Shown: in pieces, positions 1 to 9,278 of the stretch
How positions within the stretch are numbered: the first letter of the stretch is position 1
Layout of the letters: the number at the start of each line of letters is the position of its first letter
Notes under the pieces: model-generated
What the model was told of the DNA's origin: nothing
What the model saw: the letters and a program-made list of their open reading frames with translations, nothing else
Databases searched by the model: none
Source: an uncultured Actinomycetes bacterium
GTDB lineage: Bacteria > Actinomycetota > Acidimicrobiia > Spongiisociales > ZC4RG35
Length of the DNA stretch: 64,000 nucleotides
Direction of reading: 5' to 3'
Assembly (NCBI GenBank): GCA_937989945.1
Contig: CALKIG010000106.1
Span: 2,925 to 66,924 of the forward strand
Made by a program: the position numbers and the translations under genes

Positions 1-50
1 TTGCGCTTGGCAATCACCGAACCGTCGGCAAAGGTTTGCAGAACGCTCAT
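1..50 (-). CDS. N-terminal 16 codons of a gene continuing past the left window edge; by context the ABC-2 permease partner of the adjacent ATPase
   Basis: ATG (50..48) overlaps the TGA (49..47) of the upstream ATPase gene as ATGA. It reads MSVLQTFADGSVIAKR off the edge. The product is contextual inference only. Confidence 0.4.
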   Translation of the reverse strand, partial: MSVLQTFADGSVIAKR

Positions 51-1042
51 TTGGCCGCTCCTTCCAACTCGTCGTCGTCCTCACTCGTCTCTGCAGCTTC
101 GTACTCGGCCACATGCCCGGTGAGGGACAGAAACACGTCATCGAGTGTGGGGCGCCTCAATCCCACGTCTTGGACCTCGATCCCTGCCTGATCCAGCTCA
201 CGAAGTGCCATCGTCAGTGTGCGGGCACCGCCCGTGATCGGAATGACCAGGGTGCGGTTCCGCTCGTCCACGTGAGGATCGTCGACAGCAATCGGACGCA
301 GCTTCTCGACAGCTGCCGAAACTTTCTCGGCCGACTCAACGGTGACCTCGATTCGCTCGCCGCCCATTCTCTCTTTCAGTTCATCGGCGGTGCCCTCCGC
401 TATCGAACGACCGTGATCGATGACCATGATCTGGTCGGCGAGCTGGTCGGCTTCCTCGAGGTACTGGGTGGTGAGCAAGAGGGTTGTCCCCCGTTCCACG
501 AGCTGCTTGATGACACCCCAGAGATCGGTGCGACTCTTTGGATCGAGGCCTGTGGTGGGCTCGTCCAGGAACAGCACCGGCGACTCTGCCACGAGGGCAC
601 CGGCGAGGTCGAGTCGGCGACGCATACCGCCGGAGTAGGTCTTCACGGGCCGAGCTCCAGCATCGGAAAGCCCAAACTGCTCCAGCAGCTCGCGGGCACG
701 CGCCCGAGAGCGATCGCGGCCGAGCTGGTACAGGCGGCCAATCATGTCGAGGTTCTCGAACCCCGTCAGATGCTCATCGAGCGCAGCATTCTGTCCGGAT
801 AGGCCGATGACTGTCCTCGTCTCGTCAGGGTTGTTGATCACGTCCACCCCTGCCACGACCGCCGATCCGGCGTCCGGTTGCAGCAGCGTCGTCAGGATCG
901 ACACAGCGGTCGTCTTCCCTGCACCATTCGGGCCCAACAGCCCAAACACGGTGCCCTCCTCGACGTTCAGGTCAAGACCGTCCAGAGCGACAACATCGCC
1001 ATAATGCTTGACCAGGCCGCGGGCCTCGATGATCGAGCTCAA
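47..1042 (-). CDS. ABC transporter ATP-binding protein (DrrA / ABC-2 exporter type)
   Basis: 331 aa. Walker A GPNGAGKTT, signature YSGGMRRR, Walker B VLFLDEPTTGLD. TTG start preceded by AGGTGG. Confidence 0.9.
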   Translation of the reverse strand: MSSIIEARGLVKHYGDVVALDGLDLNVEEGTVFGLLGPNGAGKTTAVSILTTLLQPDAGSAVVAGVDVINNPDETRTVIGLSGQNAALDEHLTGFENLDMIGRLYQLGRDRSRARARELLEQFGLSDAGARPVKTYSGGMRRRLDLAGALVAESPVLFLDEPTTGLDPKSRTDLWGVIKQLVERGTTLLLTTQYLEEADQLADQIMVIDHGRSIAEGTADELKERMGGERIEVTVESAEKVSAAVEKLRPIAVDDPHVDERNRTLVIPITGGARTLTMALRELDQAGIEVQDVGLRRPTLDDVFLSLTGHVAEYEAAETSEDDDELEGAAK

Positions 1043-1103
1043 TTAGCCACCTTCTTTCATGCTTGCGCCAGGGTACGGGGAGTGAGTGACAATTCTCTTG
1101 CGA

Positions 1104-1430
1104 TCAGCTCAACGTGAGATAACCGGCGACGATGAGCCTGTCTTCCCTCATTCGTCGTGAGCGTGGGCCGTCTCCGACCAGCTCCAAGGCGCGATCCAAC
1201 TCGTCCAACTCTCGGGAGACGATTCTCCGCATGTCCTCGTCGGACACCGCCCTCCGAGGCGCCTCTCCGGAGTAGAGCCCCTTCGTCCCAACGCTCCGGC
1301 GATCATCCGTAGGGACAGCAGCCGTGTTCTCCATCTCAGCCAGAAGGCCGCGAATGACACGGGCTCTATCGCGGTCCCTGGCTCCTAGGGCGGACCGGAG
1401 GTCGGAGCGAAGTGTCGAGGCGAGCTTCAC
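1104..1430 (-). CDS. small helical protein, GatB/YqeY-domain-like
   Basis: 108 aa. The N-terminal pattern (LRSDLRSALGARDRDRARVIRGLLAEMEN) resembles the YqeY family. This is a weak assignment from memory. Confidence 0.5.
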   Translation of the reverse strand: MKLASTLRSDLRSALGARDRDRARVIRGLLAEMENTAAVPTDDRRSVGTKGLYSGEAPRRAVSDEDMRRIVSRELDELDRALELVGDGPRSRRMREDRLIVAGYLTLS

Positions 1431-1486
1431 AGCAGATTAAGGCTAGACCCTTGCCCCGGCTGATCCCCTACGATTTTCCGCTGTGG

Positions 1487-2194
1487 CTAGACGCGGGCCG
1501 GTGCCAGCCAATCGGTCCGGGATGCGATCCTCGCAAAGATGGCCATGGTCATGTTCAAAGCCGCGTGAACGGCAAACGGAGCCCAGATCGAACCCGTCTC
1601 CACCCGGAGCCACACCAGCCCCGCCCCGGCCACTGTCGTGGCCACCACAGTGAGTGCGACCTTGAGGCTTCGCGCTGGACCGCCAGTCTGTGATTCCGTC
1701 TCATCGATGGCAGGCCCAATGTGCCACAGGCCGAAGAGGACCGCTCCGAGCGCCATCGCAACAGATGGTGGGTAGACGGCCATGAGGGTCGCGTGCAGCA
1801 CTCCTCTGAAGAACGCCTCTTCGATCAGCGCCGTCATCAGGGGGATGCGGAAGAGGATGTGGGACACGGCACCGCGGTTGGTCCAAGCGGCCACTCTCGG
1901 ATCCGAGAGCCTCTCCCGAAGTGGTGAGCTCTTCAGCATCACGATCCCCACGGATGCCACGGCGAGCAATGTGCCACCTGCCCACAGAAATGCCGGGCCC
2001 GGGTCAGCGAGCCGCAGGCCGATTCGATCGAAGCCGAACACCAGTGCAGCGCCGAGAGTCACCATGGCACCCACTGTCCCGATGGTCATCGGCGCCCAGA
2101 TCGAGCGGAGGCGCGAGGGAAGTACGAGGAATACGAGAGTCTGAAAGGCTGCTGCGAAAGCAACCAGCGGTCCGACAACGGCGGCAAAAGTCAT
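1487..2194 (-). CDS. CPBP (CAAX-type) intramembrane metalloprotease family protein
   Basis: Motifs EEAFFRGVLH and LFGLWH in a polytopic membrane protein. Start moved to ATG 2194 (MTFAAVVG) because the longer ORF (to 2464) runs into the TetR gene. Confidence 0.8.
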   Translation of the reverse strand: MTFAAVVGPLVAFAAAFQTLVFLVLPSRLRSIWAPMTIGTVGAMVTLGAALVFGFDRIGLRLADPGPAFLWAGGTLLAVASVGIVMLKSSPLRERLSDPRVAAWTNRGAVSHILFRIPLMTALIEEAFFRGVLHATLMAVYPPSVAMALGAVLFGLWHIGPAIDETESQTGGPARSLKVALTVVATTVAGAGLVWLRVETGSIWAPFAVHAALNMTMAIFARIASRTDWLAPARV

Positions 2195-2282
2195 AAATGT
2201 GCGGGATCCAAGTCCCGTGCGATTGAGTTGGTTCCCCAACCCGGCCCCGTGTAAACGTACTCGCTTGCCGGAGCTGTGAGAA

Positions 2283-2873
2283 TCAGCCCGACTCGAGATA
2301 GCTCGCGATACGTGGTGTGACCATCGCCACAAGCTCGTCCACAGAGACACTCGCCAGGGGTTCCATGCCCACGACATAGCGAAGCATCGCCACGCCGAGG
2401 AGGTGAGCAGCAGCCATCTCGATGCGAAGCTCGGCTTGGGGTCCGGTGACGTGTTCGGCCACACGGCTCACGATCAGATCGAACACGAACTCTCCCATGG
2501 GCGGTGGTTGACCGGTGGAGAAAGCGACCCGCAGCTGCCCCAGGAGGGGTCTTCTCGACGCAGGCCTTTCCCAAACTTCGAAGAAGACACGTACAAGGCG
2601 CTCGGCCATCGCCGCGCCGCCTGGGTCACCGTCGAAGATGCGCCCGATGAAGAGTTCAGGCGACATCGGCAACTCGACGGACTCGGCGAAGAGGTTCTCC
2701 TTGCTTCCGAAGTAATGGATGACGAGAGAGGGGTCGACGTCTGCGTCACGGGCGACACCTCGGATCGTGGTCCGGTCGTAGCCACTCTCGGCAAAGCTCC
2801 GACGTGCCGATTCGAGAATCTGACTTCGAGCGTCCGGGGCCCCCGACGATCTGGGGCCACGCCGCTTGCTCAC
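2283..2873 (-). CDS. TetR/AcrR family transcriptional regulator
   Basis: 196 aa. N-terminal HTH ARRSFAESGYDRTTIRGVARDADVDPSLVIHYFGSKENLF. GTG start overlaps the stop of the upstream ATPase gene (GTGA 2870..2873). Confidence 0.9.
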   Translation of the reverse strand: MSKRRGPRSSGAPDARSQILESARRSFAESGYDRTTIRGVARDADVDPSLVIHYFGSKENLFAESVELPMSPELFIGRIFDGDPGGAAMAERLVRVFFEVWERPASRRPLLGQLRVAFSTGQPPPMGEFVFDLIVSRVAEHVTGPQAELRIEMAAAHLLGVAMLRYVVGMEPLASVSVDELVAMVTPRIASYLESG

Positions 2874-3727
2874 GACTTCACCAGGTCGACGAACGCCTCC
2901 TCGAGTGTCGCGGGCCGACGATCGATGTCGTCTGCTGTCGTCTCCCCAGCAAGCGCCGCCCTGACATCCTCGAGTCGAGCCCCGGGAATCCGGAGGCCAC
3001 CTGCATCAAAGACGACCCCGAAGCCGGCAGACACGAGACGATCGAACACAGCCGGCGCATCGGGCGAGCTGATCACCACAGTGCTCCTCCCATCGATCAC
3101 GTCCTCAACACCTCCCTCTGCGACAACCCGGCCCGAAGCAAGCATGATGAGCCGATCACACTGTTCCGCCTCTTCGAGATGGTGAGTGGTGACGAGGACG
3201 CCTGACCCTCTCTCGGCGGCGTCGCGAATCGTGTCCCACAACCGGGCGCGACCGAGCACTCCCACACCGGAGGTGGGCTCGTCCAAGACGAGGATGTCCG
3301 GATCGTGGTCGAGCGCCGCTGCGAAGGCGGCCTGACGCTGGTAGCCCAGGGGAAGGGTCCCCACGGGATGATTCATGGGCACATCGACGAGGGAACGCTG
3401 CTCTCGCTCGACCCCTTTCCCATAGACACCGTGCTGAAACGCGAGGTTCTCCGCGACTGTCAGATCGGTGTACAAGCCGAGACTCTGCGGGACGTAACCC
3501 ACCCGACGCAGGACATCGCGGTTCGGCGCCTCGCCAAGGAGCACGACCCGACCGCTCGTGGGCGCAACCAGCCCGAGGAGGCACCTGATCAAAGTCGTCT
3601 TGCCCGCTCCATTGGCTCCCAGCAGACCGACCACCTCACCAGCGGAGACAGACAACGACACATCACGAACGGCCTCGACGTCGCCAAAGGCCTTTCGCAA
3701 GTTCTCGACCCTGGCCAGCGCGGTCAT
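2870..3727 (-). CDS. ABC transporter ATP-binding protein, second ATPase subunit with degenerate signature motif
   Basis: 285 aa from ATG 3727. Walker A GANGAGKTT, Walker B ILVLDEPTSG, H-loop TTHH. The signature position reads LPLGYQRQ instead of LSGGQ. The long 579-aa ORF extension is rejected. Confidence 0.85.
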   Translation of the reverse strand: MTALARVENLRKAFGDVEAVRDVSLSVSAGEVVGLLGANGAGKTTLIRCLLGLVAPTSGRVVLLGEAPNRDVLRRVGYVPQSLGLYTDLTVAENLAFQHGVYGKGVEREQRSLVDVPMNHPVGTLPLGYQRQAAFAAALDHDPDILVLDEPTSGVGVLGRARLWDTIRDAAERGSGVLVTTHHLEEAEQCDRLIMLASGRVVAEGGVEDVIDGRSTVVISSPDAPAVFDRLVSAGFGVVFDAGGLRIPGARLEDVRAALAGETTADDIDRRPATLEEAFVDLVKS

Positions 3728-4539
3728 CTTCGGCCTCCTGCAGCAAACGTCGCCGCAGTGAGCAGATCGGTGAGATCCGGCTCGAGATGTGACGCGTCCG
3801 CGGGTCGTTCGCCGGTCTCCGACCAAACACGCCACTCCGGGCCTCGCCTCCATCGCTCCGCCGCGTTCGGCTCCTTCATCGATCTGTAGATCTGGCCAGG
3901 GACTCCACGGCGAATCTCCTCGAGACCACCCTTCGCCACCGCCCTGCCCGATTCCAGAGCGAGGATGCTCCCTGCGCGTGCCGCCTCGTCGAGGTAGGTC
4001 GTGGTCATCACGATCGCAGTGCCCTCGGCCGCCTGCTGGGAGACGAGCCGCCAAAGCTCGGACCTGCTGACGGGGTCGACACCAGTCGTGGGCTCGTCGA
4101 GCACGAGCATCTCGGGGCGCGCAACCAGGGCCATCGCAACTCCGAGCTTTTGCCTCATGCCACCGGAGAGGTTCGCCGCCAACCGATCGGTCGCACCATC
4201 GAGCCCTGTGGCGGCAATCAACTCGTCCAAACGCGACCTTGCCTGGGCGGTGGGCATTCTGTGTGAGTCCGCAACGAACTTGAGGTTTTCCACGACCGTG
4301 AGGTCGGGCCAGGACCCGGAGGAAGCCGGTTGATACCCGACCGATGGGCGCGGCGGCAGTCGAAGTCTCCCGGCCAGTGGTCGCACCAATCGTCCGAGAA
4401 CACGGGCGAGCGTTGTCTTGCCCGCACCGTCTCCGCCAACCACCGCAGCGATTTGTCCCAGGCCAACTTCGAGATCGACGTCCGCGAGGGCGGGTTCGCC
4501 CCCGATTTCGACATGCAGGCCGAGGACTCCCCAGCTCAT
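3724..4539 (-). CDS. ABC transporter ATP-binding protein, first ATPase subunit
   Basis: 271 aa from ATG 4539. Walker A GGDGAGKTT, signature LSGGMRQK, Walker B MLVLDEPTTG. ATGA overlaps at both ends (3724..3727 and 4536..4539). Confidence 0.85.
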   Translation of the reverse strand: MSWGVLGLHVEIGGEPALADVDLEVGLGQIAAVVGGDGAGKTTLARVLGRLVRPLAGRLRLPPRPSVGYQPASSGSWPDLTVVENLKFVADSHRMPTAQARSRLDELIAATGLDGATDRLAANLSGGMRQKLGVAMALVARPEMLVLDEPTTGVDPVSRSELWRLVSQQAAEGTAIVMTTTYLDEAARAGSILALESGRAVAKGGLEEIRRGVPGQIYRSMKEPNAAERWRRGPEWRVWSETGERPADASHLEPDLTDLLTAATFAAGGRR

Positions 4540-5585
4540 GCTGCCACCCCGGCTGGCTCGGTATCCGGAGTCGCGGCGGCGAGATCGCTCCGGAACCTGA
4601 GCACGGCAAGCCCGAAGATCACCACTCCGAGAGCAAAGAGAAGGCCGAGTGGGAACAACAGCTCGGTGAAATGCGCACCTCTGAGCATGACACCCTGTGC
4701 GACCAGGTTGAAGTAGGTGAGGGGAAGCAGATAGCCGATCCAGCGGACTCCGGCGGCCATGGAAGCGAGCGGGAATATCAGTCCGGACAAGAGCACCTGG
4801 GGCAGCAGCGTCATCAGCGCCAACTGGATCGACTGGCCCTGATTCTGGGAGACACTCGAAATCAGCACTCCGAGCCCAAGCGTGACGAAGAGGAAGAGGA
4901 GCGACCCGAGAGCCATGATCCAAACCGACCCATTGAAGGGAACGTCAAAGAGGAATGTCCCGACCACGAGGACGACCACGAGATCGACCGCAGCGACCAA
5001 GAAATACGGGGCGATCTTGCCTATGAACACATCGGCCGGGCGCAGAGGCATCACCGCCAGTTGCTCCAGCGTCCCCGCCTGTCGCTCTTTGACCACACCG
5101 AGACTTGTGATGACCGTCCCAACGAACAAGAGGATCAGGCCCGCCAGACCGGGGACCAAGACCGCAGATGTCTCCAGCTCGGGATTGAAGAGAATCTCTG
5201 TCTCGAGCCCCGGTATCGAAGCCCCGGCCATGGCCACGGCCTGGGTAGCGCTCCTGGCGGCGAAGAGTTGGGATCCGTCGATGAGCACCAGGGGAGCACC
5301 CGGGTCGGCGATCAAGGCAACCACAGACTCACCGCGCCGCAGCCGGCCCTCAGCTTCCTCGACGCCCGCTTCGACGTCCGTCTCTTCCACGTTGAAGATG
5401 TCCGGGAGCATCTCCGTTGCCTGCTCGGCGCCCGGGCCGTACACGACGGTTTCTATCTCGGAGACGTCGAACGATGCGGCGTACCCAAAGACGACCAGCA
5501 GGAGGACCGGCATCACGATCATCATCGCCAGGGTCCTGTGGTCCCGGCGGACCTGGCGGAACTCTTTGACAATCATCGCCCACAT
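4536..5585 (-). CDS. ABC-2 type transporter permease
   Basis: 349 aa. N-terminal MIVKEFRQVRRDHRTL followed by a large extracytoplasmic loop and C-terminal TM bundle, typical of YbhS/YhhJ-like ABC-2 permeases. GGAGG lies 8 nt upstream of the ATG. Confidence 0.85.
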   Translation of the reverse strand: MWAMIVKEFRQVRRDHRTLAMMIVMPVLLLVVFGYAASFDVSEIETVVYGPGAEQATEMLPDIFNVEETDVEAGVEEAEGRLRRGESVVALIADPGAPLVLIDGSQLFAARSATQAVAMAGASIPGLETEILFNPELETSAVLVPGLAGLILLFVGTVITSLGVVKERQAGTLEQLAVMPLRPADVFIGKIAPYFLVAAVDLVVVLVVGTFLFDVPFNGSVWIMALGSLLFLFVTLGLGVLISSVSQNQGQSIQLALMTLLPQVLLSGLIFPLASMAAGVRWIGYLLPLTYFNLVAQGVMLRGAHFTELLFPLGLLFALGVVIFGLAVLRFRSDLAAATPDTEPAGVAA

Positions 5586-5598
5586 GAGGCGTGCCTCC

Positions 5599-5645
5599 TA
5601 TTTCAACACTTGTTGAAATATATCAGAGGCCAAATAGGATGGCAA
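5599..5645 (-). promoter_or_regulatory. promoter (TTGCCA-17-TATATT) overlapped by a perfect 10-2-10 palindromic operator, presumably the TetR site of the ABC operon
   Basis: Minus strand reads TTGCCA (5645..5640), a 17-nt spacer, then TATATT (5622..5617). The palindrome TATTTCAACA-CT-TGTTGAAATA spans 5599..5620, overlaps the -10 and sits just upstream of GGAGG and the permease ATG. Confidence 0.6.
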
Positions 5646-5650
5646 CGAGC

Positions 5651-6040
5651 TCAGCCGCGATAGTCCTCGTCCGACACCTTGTCTTCGGACCAGATGGTTG
5701 CTCCCCCGTACGTGATCGAGAGGTGGAGCATTGGAGAATCCTCGCGAGCCCCATGCCAGTGCAGCTCGTTTGGAGGCGTGTTGACGGTATCCCCAGCCGA
5801 CATCTCGATCCTCTCCCCCGAATCATTGGCCACAATCCCGCTACCGGACACGACGTGCAGCGCCTGCCCTGAAGGATGGGAATGCCAGTCGGTTCGCGCC
5901 CCGGGCTCGAACTGAACGCCGAGCACGTTCAAGTCTTGCTCGGTCTCGGGCTCGGCCATCGCCCCGAACCAGACTCTTCCAGTGAAGTGCTCAGGGGGCG
6001 CGGCGACCCACTCCATGTTCTCTGCTGCTTTCTTCTCCAT
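5651..6040 (-). CDS. cupin domain-containing protein
   Basis: 129 aa. Pattern GARTDWHSHPSGQALHVVSGSG...GDTVNTPPNELHWHGA is a typical two-motif cupin metal site. Confidence 0.8.
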   Translation of the reverse strand: MEKKAAENMEWVAAPPEHFTGRVWFGAMAEPETEQDLNVLGVQFEPGARTDWHSHPSGQALHVVSGSGIVANDSGERIEMSAGDTVNTPPNELHWHGAREDSPMLHLSITYGGATIWSEDKVSDEDYRG

Positions 6041-6070
6041 GCGGTGATCGTAACCAGGGGCTGGCGGGGC

Positions 6071-7513
6071 TCACCGATCGATCATCTGGTCCACAGGGGC
6101 GAAGTCGTCCCGAAGCACGAGGCCTCCTGTCGTGAAGGATTCGAGATCGGCGCCAGTCAGGACGGCCTCGCTTCCACCGCGTTCCGCGATGGCCCGTATC
6201 AACGCCGGGGTATCCAATGCGGCTTGCGATCCGACGATGACGAAGTTTCCTCCCGCCTCGCCGCTCAGGTACGACGGCGGAGCGATCACGGCGACGTGAT
6301 CAAATACCGCTTCGAAAGTCTTGACTGTGGACATTGCGAAGTCGAGGTCGCCGTAATCGATGACATTGATCAAGTAGAGGCCCGTGGGCGCCATCCGGCT
6401 GTCGACAATCGAAACGAACTCCGCTGTCGTCAGGTGCCAGGGGACGGTCAGCCCGCTGAAGGCATCACCGATGACCAGGTCGATCGAGGCCGGCGGCACA
6501 TCCTGGATTGACTGCCGTGCGTCTGCGATGACGACTTCGGCCTCGTCTTCGAATCCGAGCTCCGACCGACCGATGTCGACGAGCAGACGATCTATCTCGA
6601 GCACGACATGGTCGGTGCCGGGCCTCGTCGCCTCCAAGTACTGGGGAAACGTGAAACCACCCCCGCCGATCGAGAGCACACTCAGAGGGCCGGAGGCGAA
6701 GTTGGCATCGATCACGTCCGCCATTACCCGGGCGTATCTGAAGTCCAGATAGGTCGGGTCTTCCAGGTCGACATAGCTGTTGTGGCCGCGGTCGAGGATG
6801 AGCAGGCGTCCCGTGGGCCTGTCCGGGTCCACCACCACATCGGCGCAGTGATAGGTGGTCTCGTATTGGCACGGCCCGTCGGAAGAGGCCAGGGCCGTGG
6901 CGGAGCCGACGGCGACAAGTAGCACCGCCAGCGGGACCCATCGGCCCCGTCCGATCATCAGCGATGCGCCGCCAAGAGAGAGAAGCAGCCCGAGTCCGGC
7001 AACTATGGGACGGGTTGGAAACGCGGCGATCAGGACGAAGCCGGTGACGAATGTACCGAAAATGGCACCGGCCGTGCCTATCGCCGAGTAGGAGCCAACC
7101 ACCGATCCGGTGTTGTCCAACGAGGCGAGGCGAATCTTGACGACTATCGGGGAGACGGCAGACAACAAAGCCGCGGGAACGACGAAGCCCACCGTTGCCA
7201 GAAAGACAATCGACAGCGGGTTGATGCCGACACCGGGTCCGAAGAAGTCGATTATCACGGGGCTGAGAATGGCGGATAGCCCTCCAGCCACCATCAGAGG
7301 CCCGGGCAGGCGGGTCGGATCGAGTCGGTCTGCGGCTCGTCCCCCTAGCCAGGCACCAATCGAAATGCCCGCCAGGATCACCCCAATGATCCCGGTGAAC
7401 ACTTCGAGGCTGACGCCGAGATAGGGCGCGAGCAAACGGCCCGCGAGTATCTCGATGATCAGCACGGATGCCGAAGTGGTGAAGACCACCACTCGAGCCA
7501 TTGCCTGGCTCAA
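6071..7513 (-). CDS. fused membrane (MFS-like) / spermidine synthase-like methyltransferase-fold protein
   Basis: 480 aa. About 200 aa of N-terminal TM helices, then a SAM-MTase/spermidine-synthase-like domain (VLSIGGGGFTFPQYL, DLVIGDAF). Confidence 0.8.
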   Translation of the reverse strand: MSQAMARVVVFTTSASVLIIEILAGRLLAPYLGVSLEVFTGIIGVILAGISIGAWLGGRAADRLDPTRLPGPLMVAGGLSAILSPVIIDFFGPGVGINPLSIVFLATVGFVVPAALLSAVSPIVVKIRLASLDNTGSVVGSYSAIGTAGAIFGTFVTGFVLIAAFPTRPIVAGLGLLLSLGGASLMIGRGRWVPLAVLLVAVGSATALASSDGPCQYETTYHCADVVVDPDRPTGRLLILDRGHNSYVDLEDPTYLDFRYARVMADVIDANFASGPLSVLSIGGGGFTFPQYLEATRPGTDHVVLEIDRLLVDIGRSELGFEDEAEVVIADARQSIQDVPPASIDLVIGDAFSGLTVPWHLTTAEFVSIVDSRMAPTGLYLINVIDYGDLDFAMSTVKTFEAVFDHVAVIAPPSYLSGEAGGNFVIVGSQAALDTPALIRAIAERGGSEAVLTGADLESFTTGGLVLRDDFAPVDQMIDR

Positions 7514-7517
7514 GACT

Positions 7518-9278
7518 TCACCACCCGCGGAACCCGACAGCGTCGGCCAGGCGCGCCTCTTCTGAGTACGGGAACACCTCGATCATCTCCCCGGCTCTGA
7601 TTCGATTCTGAATCTTCAGCCATGGCTCGACCTCGAACAGGTCTCCATGGGTCTCCTCAAAGAGCTTTCGGAGACGTGGCCCCAACCCGAGGAAGTTGCT
7701 GTGCTCCTCGGGAAACACATCACGATCGCCGACTGCGTAGAACGGCTGATCCGACAGCGCGTCGAAGTCGTCCCGTGGCTCGGGGATCCTCCGGAACTTG
7801 ACCTCGGTCAGTGGTGACAGCTCGTCGTAGTCATAGAAGACGACCCGACCGTGCCTGGTGACCCCGAAGTTCTTCATGAGCAGGTCCCCAGGAAAGATGT
7901 TCGTCGAGGCGAGGTCTTTGATTGCTTGCCCGTAGTCGACCACGGCGTTTGCGGCTGCCGACGGGACAGCCTCTCTCACGTACAGGTCGAGCGGAACGAT
8001 TCTGCGCTCTACGTAGACATGCTTCACGATCACGTGATCCCCTTCGAGGGTCACTGTGCTGCCGGCCTCATCGAGGAGTTCCTCGAGCAACTCATCGCTG
8101 AAGCGCGACTTGTTGAACTTGAGGTGCTGGAAGTCCTGAACGTCCATGAGGCGGCCTGCCCGGTCGTGCTGGAACACCATGCGGTATTTGGCCATGACGG
8201 CCCGCCTCGTCGTCCGCTTCGGAGGGGGGAAACGGTCACGTATCACCTTGAACACGTCGTTGTAGCCAGGCATCGTGAAGACGATCATCACCAGCCCTCG
8301 CGTGCCGCGGGCGTGCTCAAACCTCTCGTCGGTCGACTGGAGGTGGCGCAGGAGGTCGCGATATAGCTCGGTCTTCCCGTGTTTGTTGTGACCGATGGAG
8401 ATGTACAACTCGGCCACTCGCTTCCGGGGCATGAGCCGACGGAGGAACCTGACGAGGTCATAGGGCCGCGCCAGATCGACATGGAAGTAGGAGCGGGTGA
8501 AGCTGAAGAGAATCGACACTTCGTTCTCGGTGAGAAGCACCGCATCGACGGCCGCCCCTCCATCTCCATTGCGGAGAGCGACCACCAACGGCACCTGGAT
8601 CGAACCCGAGTAGAGAAGCCCGACGATGTACGCAGCCTGCCCCCGGTAGAAGAGAGTGCGAACGATCTCTGCCCGGTCGACCACAGGCAGCCCGCCCGCC
8701 GCACTCAACCTCGACTCGATCCGGCTTGCCACCTCCCTTGCGTTGCTATCGAGGTCAGCAAACTCGATGCCTCCACTCGCGCCCTCGAGGATGCCGGCCA
8801 CCAGTTCGTTCAGAGACTCTCTCTTCTGGAACGTGACGTACACCGGCTCGCGGGAAGGACTTGGAGGGCTGTCGAAATCGGTGTCGACGAATTCCACGGC
8901 CGAGTCGACGCCAACAGTCGTGAACACCTTGCGCGTTATGGAGTTGAAGAAGGTCTCGGCAAGCTCCCAATCCTGACGATCGGAGATCAGAGACGAAAAG
9001 ACCGCCTTGATGGCAACCCACAGGGTGCGGTCGTCGCTCCGTTCCCCAAGCAGCGACTCGATGGAGCGAATGACGTCAGCGACCGTTCCGGCGTAGAGAT
9101 CGAGGCGTTCAACGGCATCTGCTTGCATGCCCACCCAGTCCATCTCCGCGAACCTGATCGGAGCCCTTTGATTGATGGCGCGGAAACTCACCATGTAGTC
9201 GGAGAACCCATCGAGTATCCGCCCAGCCGCCAGGCTCGACAGTCGGCTGTCCGAGAGTTGCGTGATCGCACCGCTCAA
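7518..9278 (-). CDS. aceK: isocitrate dehydrogenase kinase/phosphatase
   Basis: Colinear with E. coli AceK from memory, e.g. NIFPGDLLMKNFGVTRHGRVVFYDYDE, FTRSYFHVD, LYISIGHNKHGKTELYRD. The ORF is open to 9356. I prefer the TTG at 9278, which overlaps the TGA of the upstream gene (TTGA) and gives 586 aa. Confidence 0.88.
   Translation of the reverse strand: MSGAITQLSDSRLSSLAAGRILDGFSDYMVSFRAINQRAPIRFAEMDWVGMQADAVERLDLYAGTVADVIRSIESLLGERSDDRTLWVAIKAVFSSLISDRQDWELAETFFNSITRKVFTTVGVDSAVEFVDTDFDSPPSPSREPVYVTFQKRESLNELVAGILEGASGGIEFADLDSNAREVASRIESRLSAAGGLPVVDRAEIVRTLFYRGQAAYIVGLLYSGSIQVPLVVALRNGDGGAAVDAVLLTENEVSILFSFTRSYFHVDLARPYDLVRFLRRLMPRKRVAELYISIGHNKHGKTELYRDLLRHLQSTDERFEHARGTRGLVMIVFTMPGYNDVFKVIRDRFPPPKRTTRRAVMAKYRMVFQHDRAGRLMDVQDFQHLKFNKSRFSDELLEELLDEAGSTVTLEGDHVIVKHVYVERRIVPLDLYVREAVPSAAANAVVDYGQAIKDLASTNIFPGDLLMKNFGVTRHGRVVFYDYDELSPLTEVKFRRIPEPRDDFDALSDQPFYAVGDRDVFPEEHSNFLGLGPRLRKLFEETHGDLFEVEPWLKIQNRIRAGEMIEVFPYSEEARLADAVGFRGW

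Noticed and set aside
3728-4923. Long N-terminal extensions of the two ABC ATPase ORFs (2870..4609 and 3724..4923)
   Set aside because: The extensions are Arg/Pro/Gly-rich, overlap the upstream genes in other frames, and precede the Walker A region by hundreds of residues. Internal ATGs with ATGA coupling give normal-length ATPases.
4344-5663. 439-aa plus-strand ORF
   Set aside because: It lies entirely antisense to the ABC-2 permease and ATPase genes. It is Arg/His/Glu/Asp-rich low-complexity sequence with no motifs. It is a typical shadow ORF of GC-rich DNA.
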